From assembly GCA_031289815.1 (NCBI GenBank), contig JAITOS010000043.1, positions 1 through 58,452 on the forward strand: a DNA stretch of 58,452 bases, in the 5' to 3' direction. A model generated the notes under the pieces. That model did not search any database and had not been told where the DNA came from. It worked only from the letters and a program-made list of their open reading frames with translations. Both the position numbers and the translations under genes were made by a program. Positions 6,486 to 15,104 of the stretch are shown here, one piece after another. How positions within the stretch are numbered: position 1 is the first letter of the stretch; each line of letters begins with the position of its first letter. Source of the DNA: Peptococcaceae bacterium (GTDB lineage Bacteria; Bacillota; Desulfitobacteriia; Desulfitobacteriales; Desulfitobacteriaceae).

Positions 6486-8603
6486 TCAAGACCAGCCCCA
6501 CAGATGGAAGATAAACACCAGATCCGGCCAGCGGCTGATCAACCAGACCAGCAGCGCCGCCGTCAAAGCGCCGGGCAAGACCAGAAAAGGCAAGTAGCTT
6601 CCTCCGGCGCGCCGAACGTCCCGGATTCTCACCGGCAGAAAGAGGATCGTTAACGCCAGGTAAGCCGCGAAAGCCACATAAAACGGCATTTGCCAAAAAC
6701 TGACTGCCCAGAGAATCGCCACGATAAAGGCCCAAAAATATCGCCTTTCCATCCAATAGACTAAACCCATAGCCCGCGGCGCTCCCGGTAAGGCCGCCGC
6801 GGCGCTTCCAATTTGCAGCAAACGCAGCAAGGCCAGCAAAACCGCCAGCGTCAGCCAAAGCAGCCAGGGATTTTGGCGCTGCAACATCGTCAAAACCGGC
6901 CAGTAATCCGTCAGCCAGACAGAGATGTCCGAAGGAGCGCGGAATATCAGCGAAGTCAGGATCCCGGCCAGCGTTCCTTCTCGCAGTAAAAAGGCCGTCC
7001 CATACCACACCCAGGCCCAGCGCAGCTGCCGCTTGGGTTTGCTCTCATTGATTTCCCGATAGCGCCAGCTGACCGAAAACACACACTTTAAGAAGATAAA
7101 GAAAGACAGCAGCGCCCAAGCGGCGGCGGCATATTTTTCCTGAAACCAGCCGCCATTTCCCCAGACGGCCCCTGCCGCGTGAGCGGGAGGAAGAATCTCT
7201 CCCCAGGCGCCCGTGAACGCTTCATTGGAAAAAGCGACCGCTTGCTCCATCACATAAGCCAATTGCCCCTCCGGTATCATGGCCAGCGCCTCACGCTCAA
7301 ATTCCCGGCTAAGCGCCATTTGGGCGTCCAGCGCCTTGCTCACCGTCCAAGCCCATAGGCAAGGGTGCCTGGTCCCTGTCCGGATTTGTTCCTGAAAATT
7401 CTCCAGCGCTACCTCGTCGAGCTGTGAGCCTGGTATCATCCTCACCGGCCATTCCGCCCAAACGCCCATTCCCAAACGGTCCGCGGCTTGCAGCCAGCTT
7501 TCGTCAGGGAAGCCGTCGCTGAAATAAATGAGATTGATCCCTTTCTCCTTTTGTTCTTGAAGCCATGAGCTCACCCGTTCTTCCGCTCGGAGACGATATT
7601 CCTGAACGGCGGACAGCGCCGCCCCTTGAATCTTGATCCCTTCCCCATTGAGCAGCCATTGATCTTGCGCCTTCTCCAGCCGCCGTAAGCCAAAAGAAAA
7701 GACGATATCATCCTGGTCTCCCAAAGCGTTGACCACTTTTAACCGCAGCTGGTACCTGTAAGGATCTTGCGGGTTCCACAAGCGCGCTTGCGGCACCGGC
7801 AAGCGTATATTCACGGTTTGCACCAGATTGCCGTCCGCCTGCAAAATCTGATCCGCTTGGGCGATCATCGTCGTCTCATCCATGATCTCGGCGGTTACTT
7901 CCCAAGGCCCAAATTCCCGGTTCCCATAATGCAGCAAGTGGGACTGAATCAAAACCTCCGCCTGATCTTCCTGCCAATCAAAGCTGAGCGTCGGCGCCGC
8001 AATCATCGGCTGACGGACGCCCACCAAGGCGATCCTGCCACTCAGCCGCCCCTGATCAGGCCAAGGAATGCCGCCGCCTACCGCCAAACGGCGGCTTGTT
8101 GGCGTCTGCAACTGAATGATCAGGATATTCTCCGTCCCGTAGCGCAGCATCGCCGACAGAATCTCTACCTGATCCAAAGCGCCGCTGCCTTCAAATTCCG
8201 CCAGCAGATTCTCGCCGCCAATCCCATTCAGATACATCCTGACGCGCCCGCGCAGCCCTGAAAATTCCAGCATACTCGTGCGAGCGCTCCATTCTCCGGG
8301 AACGTTGAAGCTTCTGGAAACCAACGATATAGCCGCATTGGACGGCAGGAAAACAGGACTTCCGTTTAAGAATGAAATCCGGCTCTGTTTCTCTTCCAAG
8401 CGCCGTTCTTCAGCCGCCCAAGCCTGACGCAGGGAAAAGAACTGCTGCCAGTCGCCGCTCAAATCGAGAATCCAGCGATTATCACTGACTACCGTTTCCG
8501 CCGATGACAGCGGAAGCTTCTCCGGCTCTTGCCACGTCCAACCTAAAAAACCGACGCACAAAATAAATACTACGATTAAAACAAATACCCTTCGATTCAA
8601 CAT
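6486..8603 (-). CDS. Membrane protein: N-terminal signal anchor, GH2-like (beta-galactosidase/mannosidase-type) ectodomain, C-terminal polytopic domain
   Basis: Start set at MLNRRVF (ATG 8603, ggagaagg upstream). GH2-like strings RLWNPQDPYRYQL..FGLRRLE....WLLNGE.IKIQG. The C-terminal ~260 aa contain several hydrophobic spans. Confidence 0.6.
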   Translation of the reverse strand: MLNRRVFVLIVVFILCVGFLGWTWQEPEKLPLSSAETVVSDNRWILDLSGDWQQFFSLRQAWAAEERRLEEKQSRISFLNGSPVFLPSNAAISLVSRSFNVPGEWSARTSMLEFSGLRGRVRMYLNGIGGENLLAEFEGSGALDQVEILSAMLRYGTENILIIQLQTPTSRRLAVGGGIPWPDQGRLSGRIALVGVRQPMIAAPTLSFDWQEDQAEVLIQSHLLHYGNREFGPWEVTAEIMDETTMIAQADQILQADGNLVQTVNIRLPVPQARLWNPQDPYRYQLRLKVVNALGDQDDIVFSFGLRRLEKAQDQWLLNGEGIKIQGAALSAVQEYRLRAEERVSSWLQEQKEKGINLIYFSDGFPDESWLQAADRLGMGVWAEWPVRMIPGSQLDEVALENFQEQIRTGTRHPCLWAWTVSKALDAQMALSREFEREALAMIPEGQLAYVMEQAVAFSNEAFTGAWGEILPPAHAAGAVWGNGGWFQEKYAAAAWALLSFFIFLKCVFSVSWRYREINESKPKRQLRWAWVWYGTAFLLREGTLAGILTSLIFRAPSDISVWLTDYWPVLTMLQRQNPWLLWLTLAVLLALLRLLQIGSAAAALPGAPRAMGLVYWMERRYFWAFIVAILWAVSFWQMPFYVAFAAYLALTILFLPVRIRDVRRAGGSYLPFLVLPGALTAALLVWLISRWPDLVFIFHLWGWS

Positions 8604-8691
8604 ATACCTTCTCCAAAAAAGAATACCAAAAAAAGAATACGATCTATCTTCACATTCGACTTTATCTCGGAAAACCCTACTGCCGGACAGA

Positions 8692-8728
8692 CAAAAAATA
8701 AAAAACAACAAATATTTCTATTTGTTGT
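8692..8728 (-). terminator. Rho-independent terminator after perR
   Basis: Minus strand acaacaaata-gaaa-tatttgttgt followed by tttttatttttt, ~40 nt after the stop at 8771. Confidence 0.6.
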
Positions 8729-8770
8729 CCCGAAATTTTTCAGCCAACCGTTTGCTATTGAGCCGCGCCT

Positions 8771-9205
8771 CTACTGCCCCGCTTCTTTCCCTGACTCCGC
8801 ACACTCTGAACAGAATCCGTAAAACTCTAACCGGTAATCCGTAACCTTGAAGCCGCGGTCTTTTGTCTTCTCCGCTTCCAATTCCGGAAATGAATACTGG
8901 TAATCGAAGACGCGCCCACACTCCTGACAGGTAATGTGGTAGTGGTTTTCCGGGTTTCCGTCAAACCGGCAAGACATATCTCCATACGTCAATTCCAGGA
9001 TATACCCATGTTCCTTCAGCATCTTCACGGTATTATAAATGGTCCCCAAGCTCATTCCGGTAAACCGTTTCTTTACATGATGGTAGATTTCCTCCGCCGT
9101 CGGATGCGTATCCGTTGATAACAAAAATTCCAATATGGCCTGCCGTTGCGGCGTAAACCTTATTCCTTTTTCCTTCAACTGATTCAGGATTTCGATAGCG
9201 CTCAT
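8771..9205 (-). CDS. perR: Fur-family peroxide-responsive repressor PerR
   Basis: 144 aa. TPQR..ILE.L....HPTAEEIY, ELTYGD.S.RFD, HYHITCQECG and a C-terminal CSEC. Ligand positions correspond to B. subtilis PerR H37/D85/H91/H93/D104. A PerR box lies in its own promoter. Confidence 0.75.
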   Translation of the reverse strand: MSAIEILNQLKEKGIRFTPQRQAILEFLLSTDTHPTAEEIYHHVKKRFTGMSLGTIYNTVKMLKEHGYILELTYGDMSCRFDGNPENHYHITCQECGRVFDYQYSFPELEAEKTKDRGFKVTDYRLEFYGFCSECAESGKEAGQ

Positions 9206-9236
9206 TTTTTGTCCCTCTCCTGACCGTCTACCCTTT

Positions 9237-9251
9237 TTATAATTATTATAG
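9237..9251. promoter_or_regulatory. PerR box (operator) in the perR promoter
   Basis: ttataattattatag matches the B. subtilis PerR-box consensus TTATAATNATTATAA at 14 of 15 positions. It lies immediately downstream of the -10 hexamer. Confidence 0.65.
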
Positions 9252-9255
9252 TTAT

Positions 9256-9283
9256 ATTTTACTCATTTTTTAGGTTTTGTCAA
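9256..9283 (-). promoter_or_regulatory. Sigma-A type promoter candidate for perR
   Basis: Minus strand TTGACA (9278-9283), 16-nt spacer, TAAAAT (9256-9261). Confidence 0.55.
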
Positions 9284-9298
9284 TAGAAGACTCTTCAA

Positions 9299-9341
9299 CA
9301 AAATAAAAGGCTGTGATAAAACACATCGTTTCATCACAGCC
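9299..9341 (-). terminator. Rho-independent terminator after the ferredoxin gene
   Basis: Minus strand ggctgtgat...atcacagcc (9309-9317/9333-9341) followed by ttttatttt. Confidence 0.65.
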
Positions 9342-9357
9342 CGCATTCTGGGCCCTG

Positions 9358-9531
9358 CTAATCTTGAGGCCCAGGCGCGCCTACTGGGCAAACAGCGGCG
9401 CAGGTTCCGCAACTCGTGCAAAGATCCGCATTGATTTCGTACTTTTCGTCGCCTTCCGCAATAGCGCTGACTGGACAGTCAGCCGCACACGAGCCGCAGC
9501 CAATGCAATCATCACTGATATGATATCCCAT
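9358..9531 (-). CDS. 2x[4Fe-4S] ferredoxin (57 aa, absent from the ORF track)
   Basis: Manual translation gives MGYHISDDCIGCGSCAADCPVSAIAEGDEKYEINADLCTSCGTCAAVCPVGAPGPQD. It has two CxxCxxCxxxCP motifs and aggagg 8 nt upstream. The listed + strand ORF 9313-9609 is its antisense shadow. Confidence 0.85.
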   Translation of the reverse strand: MGYHISDDCIGCGSCAADCPVSAIAEGDEKYEINADLCTSCGTCAAVCPVGAPGPQD

Positions 9532-9632
9532 CTATTCTACCTCCTTTTTTCCTCTTTCACCGATCAATATATCAAAACACGAGGAAAAATACAAGATAAG
9601 AAATTTTAACAAATCTCCCTTCTCTGTTTTGC

Positions 9633-9779
9633 CTATTCCGGACGGTAGGGTACCTGATAGAGTCTGCGCATACACCGCTTACAATAGGGCAGCGTCCGAT
9701 TACTGACATGATTGCGGCGAAAGACAACACCGTTTAAATCTTTATGTTCAAATCCGCAAGCCCTGCATTTTTCAATCAT
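9633..9779 (-). CDS. Small zinc-ribbon-like hypothetical protein (48 aa)
   Basis: Start set at MIEKCRACGF (aggagg 7 nt upstream). CxxC ... CxxC arrangement. No family recognised. Confidence 0.45.
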   Translation of the reverse strand: MIEKCRACGFEHKDLNGVVFRRNHVSNRTLPYCKRCMRRLYQVPYRPE

Positions 9780-9912
9780 GATCTTTTCCTCCTTCAACAT
9801 TTGTGCGCTTCTGAACAAATTAAATTTTCTTGTGTAGTCTCTCCCTTTTCAGCAAAAATTAAACGCTTTCTATTTCTTTGAACGCTTTTATACCGTTCCT
9901 CACGCGAAACGC

Positions 9913-12318
9913 CTAAAGCTCTTCACAGCTTCCAAGCAGAACCCAGTCTAAGGCTTTGCTCTCGTCTGCTTGCCCTTTTAAACCGTCCGTTAGCGGAATC
10001 ACCGCCGTCAACGTCGTCCCTTTCTGAAGCGCCGAACAGACCTGAACCTCGCCTTTTAAACTCGCAATCCACTCCCTTATCCCGACAATACCGACATGTT
10101 TTCTCGTTATGGCCCAATCTTCTATTTGACCGGGGTCAAAGCCGCGTCCCTGATCGCTCACCCACAAATAAAGTTTCGCCTCTCTCTGTTCAATGCGAAT
10201 CGTTTGTCCGGCTGCGCCCGAGTGCTTCAGGGAATTCGCCAGACTCTCCTGGATAAAGCGATAGGCGGTCAATTCGATATCTTTCCTAAAACGACGATCA
10301 TGATGGATTCCTTCTGTTTCCAAAGTAATCGCGGTCTCTTCCCGGATCATCATTTTCTGGCACAGAACCTCTACCGCCGCCAGCAATCCCAGATTCGTCA
10401 GCACCAGAAGGTTTTGATTACCCGACATCAAACGCAACCCGTCGTTTAAATCTACGACGATATTTTGCATCTGTTCGAGGACCGTCTCGGCAATCTCCGG
10501 CGTTGGTGATTCCGTCAAGAGATACCGGATACAGCGGTTGATATCCCGCCCCCGTTTTAAAGGCCCATGATGGATCTCCTCCGCGGTCAGTCTGCGTTCG
10601 TTCTCAATCCGTTCAAACAGAGAGGCGCTAAGCGCGGACAGCCCTTGATTTTTGCGCTGCATCCGCTGGGAGGCTTCCTTCCAAACCCGCATTTCCCGCT
10701 CCATGTCCTGAATCACCAGCGACATGATCATATGATGAGCCAATTGACTTGCCAGCAGCGTCAGGAACGACCATTCCGCCCGTTCAAAGCGGATATGCGA
10801 AGAACGATGGCCGATGAAAACTCCGCAAACATAGCCGTGAGCGGCAAAGGGAATATAGATCTCCGCCGGAAAATCCTTCGCCAGCACTTGGATATCTAAA
10901 ATGCTTCGCCGATGATTTTGAAAATAGCGTTCCATCTCAGCCTGTTCCTCCGGTTTTTCCAGAAAACGCCCAACGGCCCTCGTGTGTACGCCCATTTGCG
11001 CCTGATCGGCAATCAGGAAAGCCCCCTCCAATCCCAGGCTTTCTATGGTCTCTTCATAACTCAGCCTCTCTTCATCCAGAGAATTTTCCTGCTGATTGAG
11101 TTCAAATATTTTTAGTTTGAGCGCCTGATTTTGCTTGAAGATCAAACGATTGATCACAAAACGCGCGCCATAGAAACAAACGATGAACAGGATGGCGAGA
11201 ACCACGAAGATCAGATATTCAGACCGCACTTTTTGCAGCGTTTGCGAAAAGAAAAGGGCATAGGTCAGAATAAAGCTGCCGGCGCCCGCGGCGAAAGAAG
11301 ACATCATCGCCCCCAGTATCCGGCGGCTGGCCGGCAGGTATTTATGTACGATGACGTAATACAGGGAAATGGGGATGAGCATCAAAAAGAGGGAAGTGAT
11401 CTCGGTATACACGATTTGCCGGGAATACATAATCGCAGGCAACGCCGTTAATAAGGCGATGGGCAGCAGTCCGGCCGCCAACCCCAACAAGACAATCTCC
11501 AGTTGGTTTCTTTCCTGACTGCCTTTCGGCAATTTTGTGATCAAAGCAAAGTTCCATAAAGTCATGGTAATGCCCAGAAGGATATTGGAGAGAACCAGGC
11601 GTCTTAAGAAATTTCCCAGATGAACGATATCGAAGAACTGTAACATGGTGAGCGAAAAAATGAGCACGTAGAGGCTTCCCAGTATATAACGACCGGCCCG
11701 ATTGACGCCATCCGCGTTCTTTACCGGAAAGACGGAAATAAAACTGACCAGCAGTAACGGTACTAACGATAAGGTGAGAAATTCCAGTTCTCTGGCCAAA
11801 AGCAAACTGCGGCTTGCCGGTTTAGAAAAAATAAAGGCCATCGCAATCGCCCAGTTCAACCAGAACAGGATATGCACCTGATTCAAGAACGGGCGTTTCC
11901 GCCAGGTAATAAACCCTAACAGCCAAAAAATAAACCCCAGCAAATAGGCCGATAGATTAGCAAACAGCGTCACGAACAGCGCCGACGCCTGAATCGTGAT
12001 CCGCGCCACGGCCATCTGTCCGGAAGCGCGAAATTCAATCCCGGAAGCGCCTTCCAGCCGCCCCCATTTTGCGAGTAAACGATATTGTCCGGCGTCTTCG
12101 CCGTTGATCTTTAGAATCTCATCCCCTATACGGATTCCCGCTTTATACCCTTCCCCGTTGGGATCGCTGAATACAACCGTCCAGCGGTCATTGATTCTCT
12201 CGATATCAACGCCGACGTACGGCTGCTGCGCGCTGGCGATGAAGGATAAGATGCCTACCATGATAAACACAGCGCTCGCGATATAATAAGCTCGTCGCCC
12301 CAATACTCTTTCTAACAC
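9913..12318 (-). CDS. Sensor histidine kinase: TM1, extracytoplasmic PDZ-like domain, ~9 TM segments, cytoplasmic linker, HisKA_3 and HATPase_c
   Basis: 801 aa, GTG start. PDZ-like GIRIGDEILKINGED. Long hydrophobic core. H-box-like AEEIHHGPLKRG. ATPase motifs SDQGRGF and GIVGIREW..LKGEV.V.S....GTT. Start codon uncertain because the RBS is weak. Confidence 0.85.
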   Translation of the reverse strand: MLERVLGRRAYYIASAVFIMVGILSFIASAQQPYVGVDIERINDRWTVVFSDPNGEGYKAGIRIGDEILKINGEDAGQYRLLAKWGRLEGASGIEFRASGQMAVARITIQASALFVTLFANLSAYLLGFIFWLLGFITWRKRPFLNQVHILFWLNWAIAMAFIFSKPASRSLLLARELEFLTLSLVPLLLVSFISVFPVKNADGVNRAGRYILGSLYVLIFSLTMLQFFDIVHLGNFLRRLVLSNILLGITMTLWNFALITKLPKGSQERNQLEIVLLGLAAGLLPIALLTALPAIMYSRQIVYTEITSLFLMLIPISLYYVIVHKYLPASRRILGAMMSSFAAGAGSFILTYALFFSQTLQKVRSEYLIFVVLAILFIVCFYGARFVINRLIFKQNQALKLKIFELNQQENSLDEERLSYEETIESLGLEGAFLIADQAQMGVHTRAVGRFLEKPEEQAEMERYFQNHRRSILDIQVLAKDFPAEIYIPFAAHGYVCGVFIGHRSSHIRFERAEWSFLTLLASQLAHHMIMSLVIQDMEREMRVWKEASQRMQRKNQGLSALSASLFERIENERRLTAEEIHHGPLKRGRDINRCIRYLLTESPTPEIAETVLEQMQNIVVDLNDGLRLMSGNQNLLVLTNLGLLAAVEVLCQKMMIREETAITLETEGIHHDRRFRKDIELTAYRFIQESLANSLKHSGAAGQTIRIEQREAKLYLWVSDQGRGFDPGQIEDWAITRKHVGIVGIREWIASLKGEVQVCSALQKGTTLTAVIPLTDGLKGQADESKALDWVLLGSCEEL

Positions 12319-12377
12319 GTTCGATCATCTTCTTTATTCGCAAAAATAAATGGATCAAGCTGAAACATTGATTTAGG

Positions 12378-12581
12378 CTATTCCCACTCTGATGGTACGT
12401 CTAAAACCAAGGCATTCCCAGAAAATTCATGCCTGTTGAAGACCTTTTCTAGGAAAGACCCTTCCTCCGCCTGTATCTGGTTTTCTGTTACGGTTCCTTT
12501 TGCCGCTACATACTGGTGAACCAGATGAGCCATGTTTTCAAACTTCACTCTAAACACCCTTTCCGCGATTAAATTTGACAT
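12378..12581 (-). CDS. Hypothetical 67-aa protein upstream of the kinase
   Basis: ORF with ggaaggaaa ~10 nt upstream. No recognisable motif. Confidence 0.35.
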   Translation of the reverse strand: MSNLIAERVFRVKFENMAHLVHQYVAAKGTVTENQIQAEEGSFLEKVFNRHEFSGNALVLDVPSEWE

Positions 12582-12962
12582 CCGTGACTGATTTCCTTCC
12601 CGTTCGTAAGGATAATATTCATTTGAATGAACCTAATTTTTCAGCTTGATCTTTGATTCTTTTCTTCTTTTTTACAGATTTTCCTTCCGAGAACTTTGAC
12701 TCATGCTGTCGTATTTTGACGAACCGCTCCGCTAAGAGGCTGGCGAGCTTTTTTCCTCTATCCCAGCGCTATCTGTAGGATACTTTGCCGGTACATACTA
12801 TACGGTGACAAGATTGTACAGTATAATAGACAGCAGGTGGGGAAAAAGACTTTAATTTCTATCGCCCAACGCAGACGGCAGGAGCGGCCTGAACACTATT
12901 TCCGCAGTTCATCCAGAGGCTTGTCCTTGTCCTCTAAAATAATAAAGAGAGGTGCGTCATTC

Positions 12963-13337
12963 ATGAAGAAAGCGATTGTCTCCAGCCAACTGTCGGCCGC
13001 CGTCGGCCCCTATTCACAGGCCATTGACGTCAACGGCCAGATCTACCTTTCAGGAATCATCGCCATCGACCCGGAAACCGGCGTTTTGTCCGGCTCGGTC
13101 GAAGAACAAGCCGAACGCGTATTGACCGGTCTGGAATATGTTTTAGCGGCGGCCGGATCCAGTATGGATCAGGTAGTGAAAACCACCGTATTTTTGAAGA
13201 GCATGGAAGACTTCGATAAAGTCAACGCCATCTACGCGCAACACTTCCGTCAGCCCTACCCCGCTCGCGTTTGCGTCGAAGTCTCGGGCTTGCCTAAAAA
13301 CGCGCTGGTAGAGATCGACGCCATCGCCTACCGTTAA
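12963..13337 (+). CDS. ridA: RidA/YjgF-family reactive intermediate deaminase
   Basis: Start set at MKKAIVSS (agagaggtg upstream). AVGPYSQA...G.IYLSG....DPETG and PARVCVEV..LPK.ALVEIDAIA are family hallmarks. Confidence 0.9.
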   Translation: MKKAIVSSQLSAAVGPYSQAIDVNGQIYLSGIIAIDPETGVLSGSVEEQAERVLTGLEYVLAAAGSSMDQVVKTTVFLKSMEDFDKVNAIYAQHFRQPYPARVCVEVSGLPKNALVEIDAIAYR

Positions 13338-13419
13338 GACGCCGCTAACGCTCCTTTTTCAATACTATACGCTTAGTGTTTCACCCTTGAAAAAAGATCA
13401 TCCCCTGATACCGTCCTCC

Positions 13420-14193
13420 TTACAGGGGACGGCGGATTTTTTGCCCGCCGCTGAAGCTGGCGATCTCCCGCACGCCGACAGAACGGAGGAGCTCCGCCGC
13501 TTCCGGCAAATCTCGGCCCACCACCTCCGGCTGATGCGCGTCAGATCCCAGGGTGAAGCTGATATCCCGGCGCTGGATCTCCTGAATCAGCTTCCGTTCC
13601 GGATAAAACTCTCCTACCGGTTTATACCGGCCATTGGTATTGATTTCTACCGTCAACGCCCGCGCCGCAATCTCCGACAAGGCGGGAGCGGCGTGTTCCA
13701 GGATGTCGCGGCTGGGCCGGACGCCGAATAATTTAATTAAATCCAGGTGTCCTATGATCTGGAATAAACCGCTTTGCGCCGCCTGCGCTACGATCTCAAA
13801 GTAGCGCTGATAGAGTTCATCCGGATCCGCCCGCCGGTAACTGCCTTCCTGGTCCGGCATATCAAACGGCCAGCCGTAGATCTCGTGCACCGAGCCGATC
13901 ACATAGTCGAAGGGGAATTGTGCCAGCATCCCTCTGATCCGTTCTTCCTCCCCCGGCCGGTAATCCACTTCCAAGCCGACCAGAACCTCCAGTTCGGGCG
14001 TTTCCGCCGCCACTTGCCGGATCAGGTCAAAATTCAATTCTTCCCAAAACATATCATGGTCGCTAAAGCCGATGGTTTGCAGCCCCTGGCTTTTCGCCGC
14101 GCCCAAATAGCGCCGGAGCGCCTCGCGATCCGCCTTTCTTTCCTGATGTCCGATCAAATGCACATGTAAATCCAGCAATGATTTCACCTCCAT
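13420..14193 (-). CDS. PHP-family histidinol-phosphatase-like hydrolase (HisJ/HisK type)
   Basis: 257 aa. DLHVH, GFSDHD, GSVH, IGHLDL and GSDAH metal-ligand motifs in the PHP order. Confidence 0.8.
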   Translation of the reverse strand: MEVKSLLDLHVHLIGHQERKADREALRRYLGAAKSQGLQTIGFSDHDMFWEELNFDLIRQVAAETPELEVLVGLEVDYRPGEEERIRGMLAQFPFDYVIGSVHEIYGWPFDMPDQEGSYRRADPDELYQRYFEIVAQAAQSGLFQIIGHLDLIKLFGVRPSRDILEHAAPALSEIAARALTVEINTNGRYKPVGEFYPERKLIQEIQRRDISFTLGSDAHQPEVVGRDLPEAAELLRSVGVREIASFSGGQKIRRPL

Positions 14194-14280
14194 GATGTAT
14201 ATTTTTATCTCCTGCGGGGAAACATCTAATTAGTTTCACGTTTTCCAATTTTTTATCCCCACTCCTCTCTTTTACTTCGT

Positions 14281-14315
14281 CTTGCGGCAGCTGTGGCTCC
14301 GCAAGATTTTTTTTT
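14281..14315 (+). terminator. Intrinsic-terminator-like hairpin whose T-tract is on the plus strand only
   Basis: cttgcgg-cagctgtggct-ccgcaag (14281-14305) followed by attttttttt. On the minus strand the hairpin is preceded by the A-run and followed by acgaagt. Confidence 0.5.
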
Positions 14316-14326
14316 ACCCAGAGAAC

Positions 14327-14806
14327 TCAGAGAACCTTGACCATCATTTTCCTTTCCTCCATAAAATTGAGACTCTGATAGAGGTTTAGAGCCCGTTGAT
14401 TACTGCTCGTAACCGTCAATCCCAGATAGGAGAGTCCTGCGTCCCGGCAACACCGCTCCGCCTCCTGAATCAAGGCTGTTCCCACGCCCTTTCCCCGCCA
14501 GACAGGGAGAACGCCAATATCCATAATCCACCCCTGCCGCACGCCGGTCAATTCATCCTCAGCTTTCAGATAAAGGACCAGATAACCGATGGAAAACGCC
14601 TCTCCTTCTTTTCCTGATTCAGCCATCAGGATCTTGGCGCCGGTTCGCTGAACCCAGCGCCGGAATTCCTTGAGAAGCTTCTCCCGGTAACGGAGCGTCT
14701 CCTTGAACGGCTGCCCGCGCCATGATGCAATACTGTCCGCCATCGCTTCCTTACTCAGTCTATCAATAAACGGCCAATCCTGTATCTTTCCCAAACGAAT
14801 CCGCAT
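14327..14806 (-). CDS. GNAT-family N-acetyltransferase
   Basis: 159 aa. Acetyl-CoA motif A, V.P.WRGKGVGTALI..AE, is recognisable. Confidence 0.85.
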   Translation of the reverse strand: MRIRLGKIQDWPFIDRLSKEAMADSIASWRGQPFKETLRYREKLLKEFRRWVQRTGAKILMAESGKEGEAFSIGYLVLYLKAEDELTGVRQGWIMDIGVLPVWRGKGVGTALIQEAERCCRDAGLSYLGLTVTSSNQRALNLYQSLNFMEERKMMVKVL

Positions 14807-15104
14807 ATCATCACCCCTCAGGATAATTTATGCCGGAATGCCCGGATCTTTCACCGCTATTTCTCAAGCAACGCCCGGACTTCCTCCCGCGTCGCTCGGA
14901 TCGGCAGGTTCCCTCAACGCTCCGCTCGCCAACGGCTTCATGCTCATCCTGCCAAGACCTTGCCTTTTTATTTCTTGCCAGAAGTTCTTCCTTGTTTTCC
15001 CGCTCGATATAATTATACGGAAACTGAACGGGCGCGTAAAGATACGCACGCAAGCCCGTAAACATTCATTTACGGCGAATGCCCGAACGTTTGAGGTGAT
15101 TCTT

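Noticed and set aside
8604-8711. N-terminal extensions of several listed ORFs (8711, 4485, 9818, 12837, 21595, 31921, 39291, 42969, 50602, 54228)
   Set aside because: In each case an internal start with a proper SD at 5-9 nt gives the canonical family N-terminus. The extension either overlaps the upstream gene or lacks an RBS.
12828-12962. ~135-nt leader between a TATAAT hexamer (12822-12827) and ridA, considered as a possible riboswitch
   Set aside because: The -35 is poor, no conserved riboswitch core is recognisable, and only generic short hairpins are present.
14703-15104. 5' extension of the Na/Pi transporter ORF, giving 445 aa
   Set aside because: The extension overlaps the divergent GNAT gene and its upstream region, is not hydrophobic like the rest of the protein, and has no RBS at 14703. 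An internal TTG/GTG start preceded by gaggtga fits the first TM segment.
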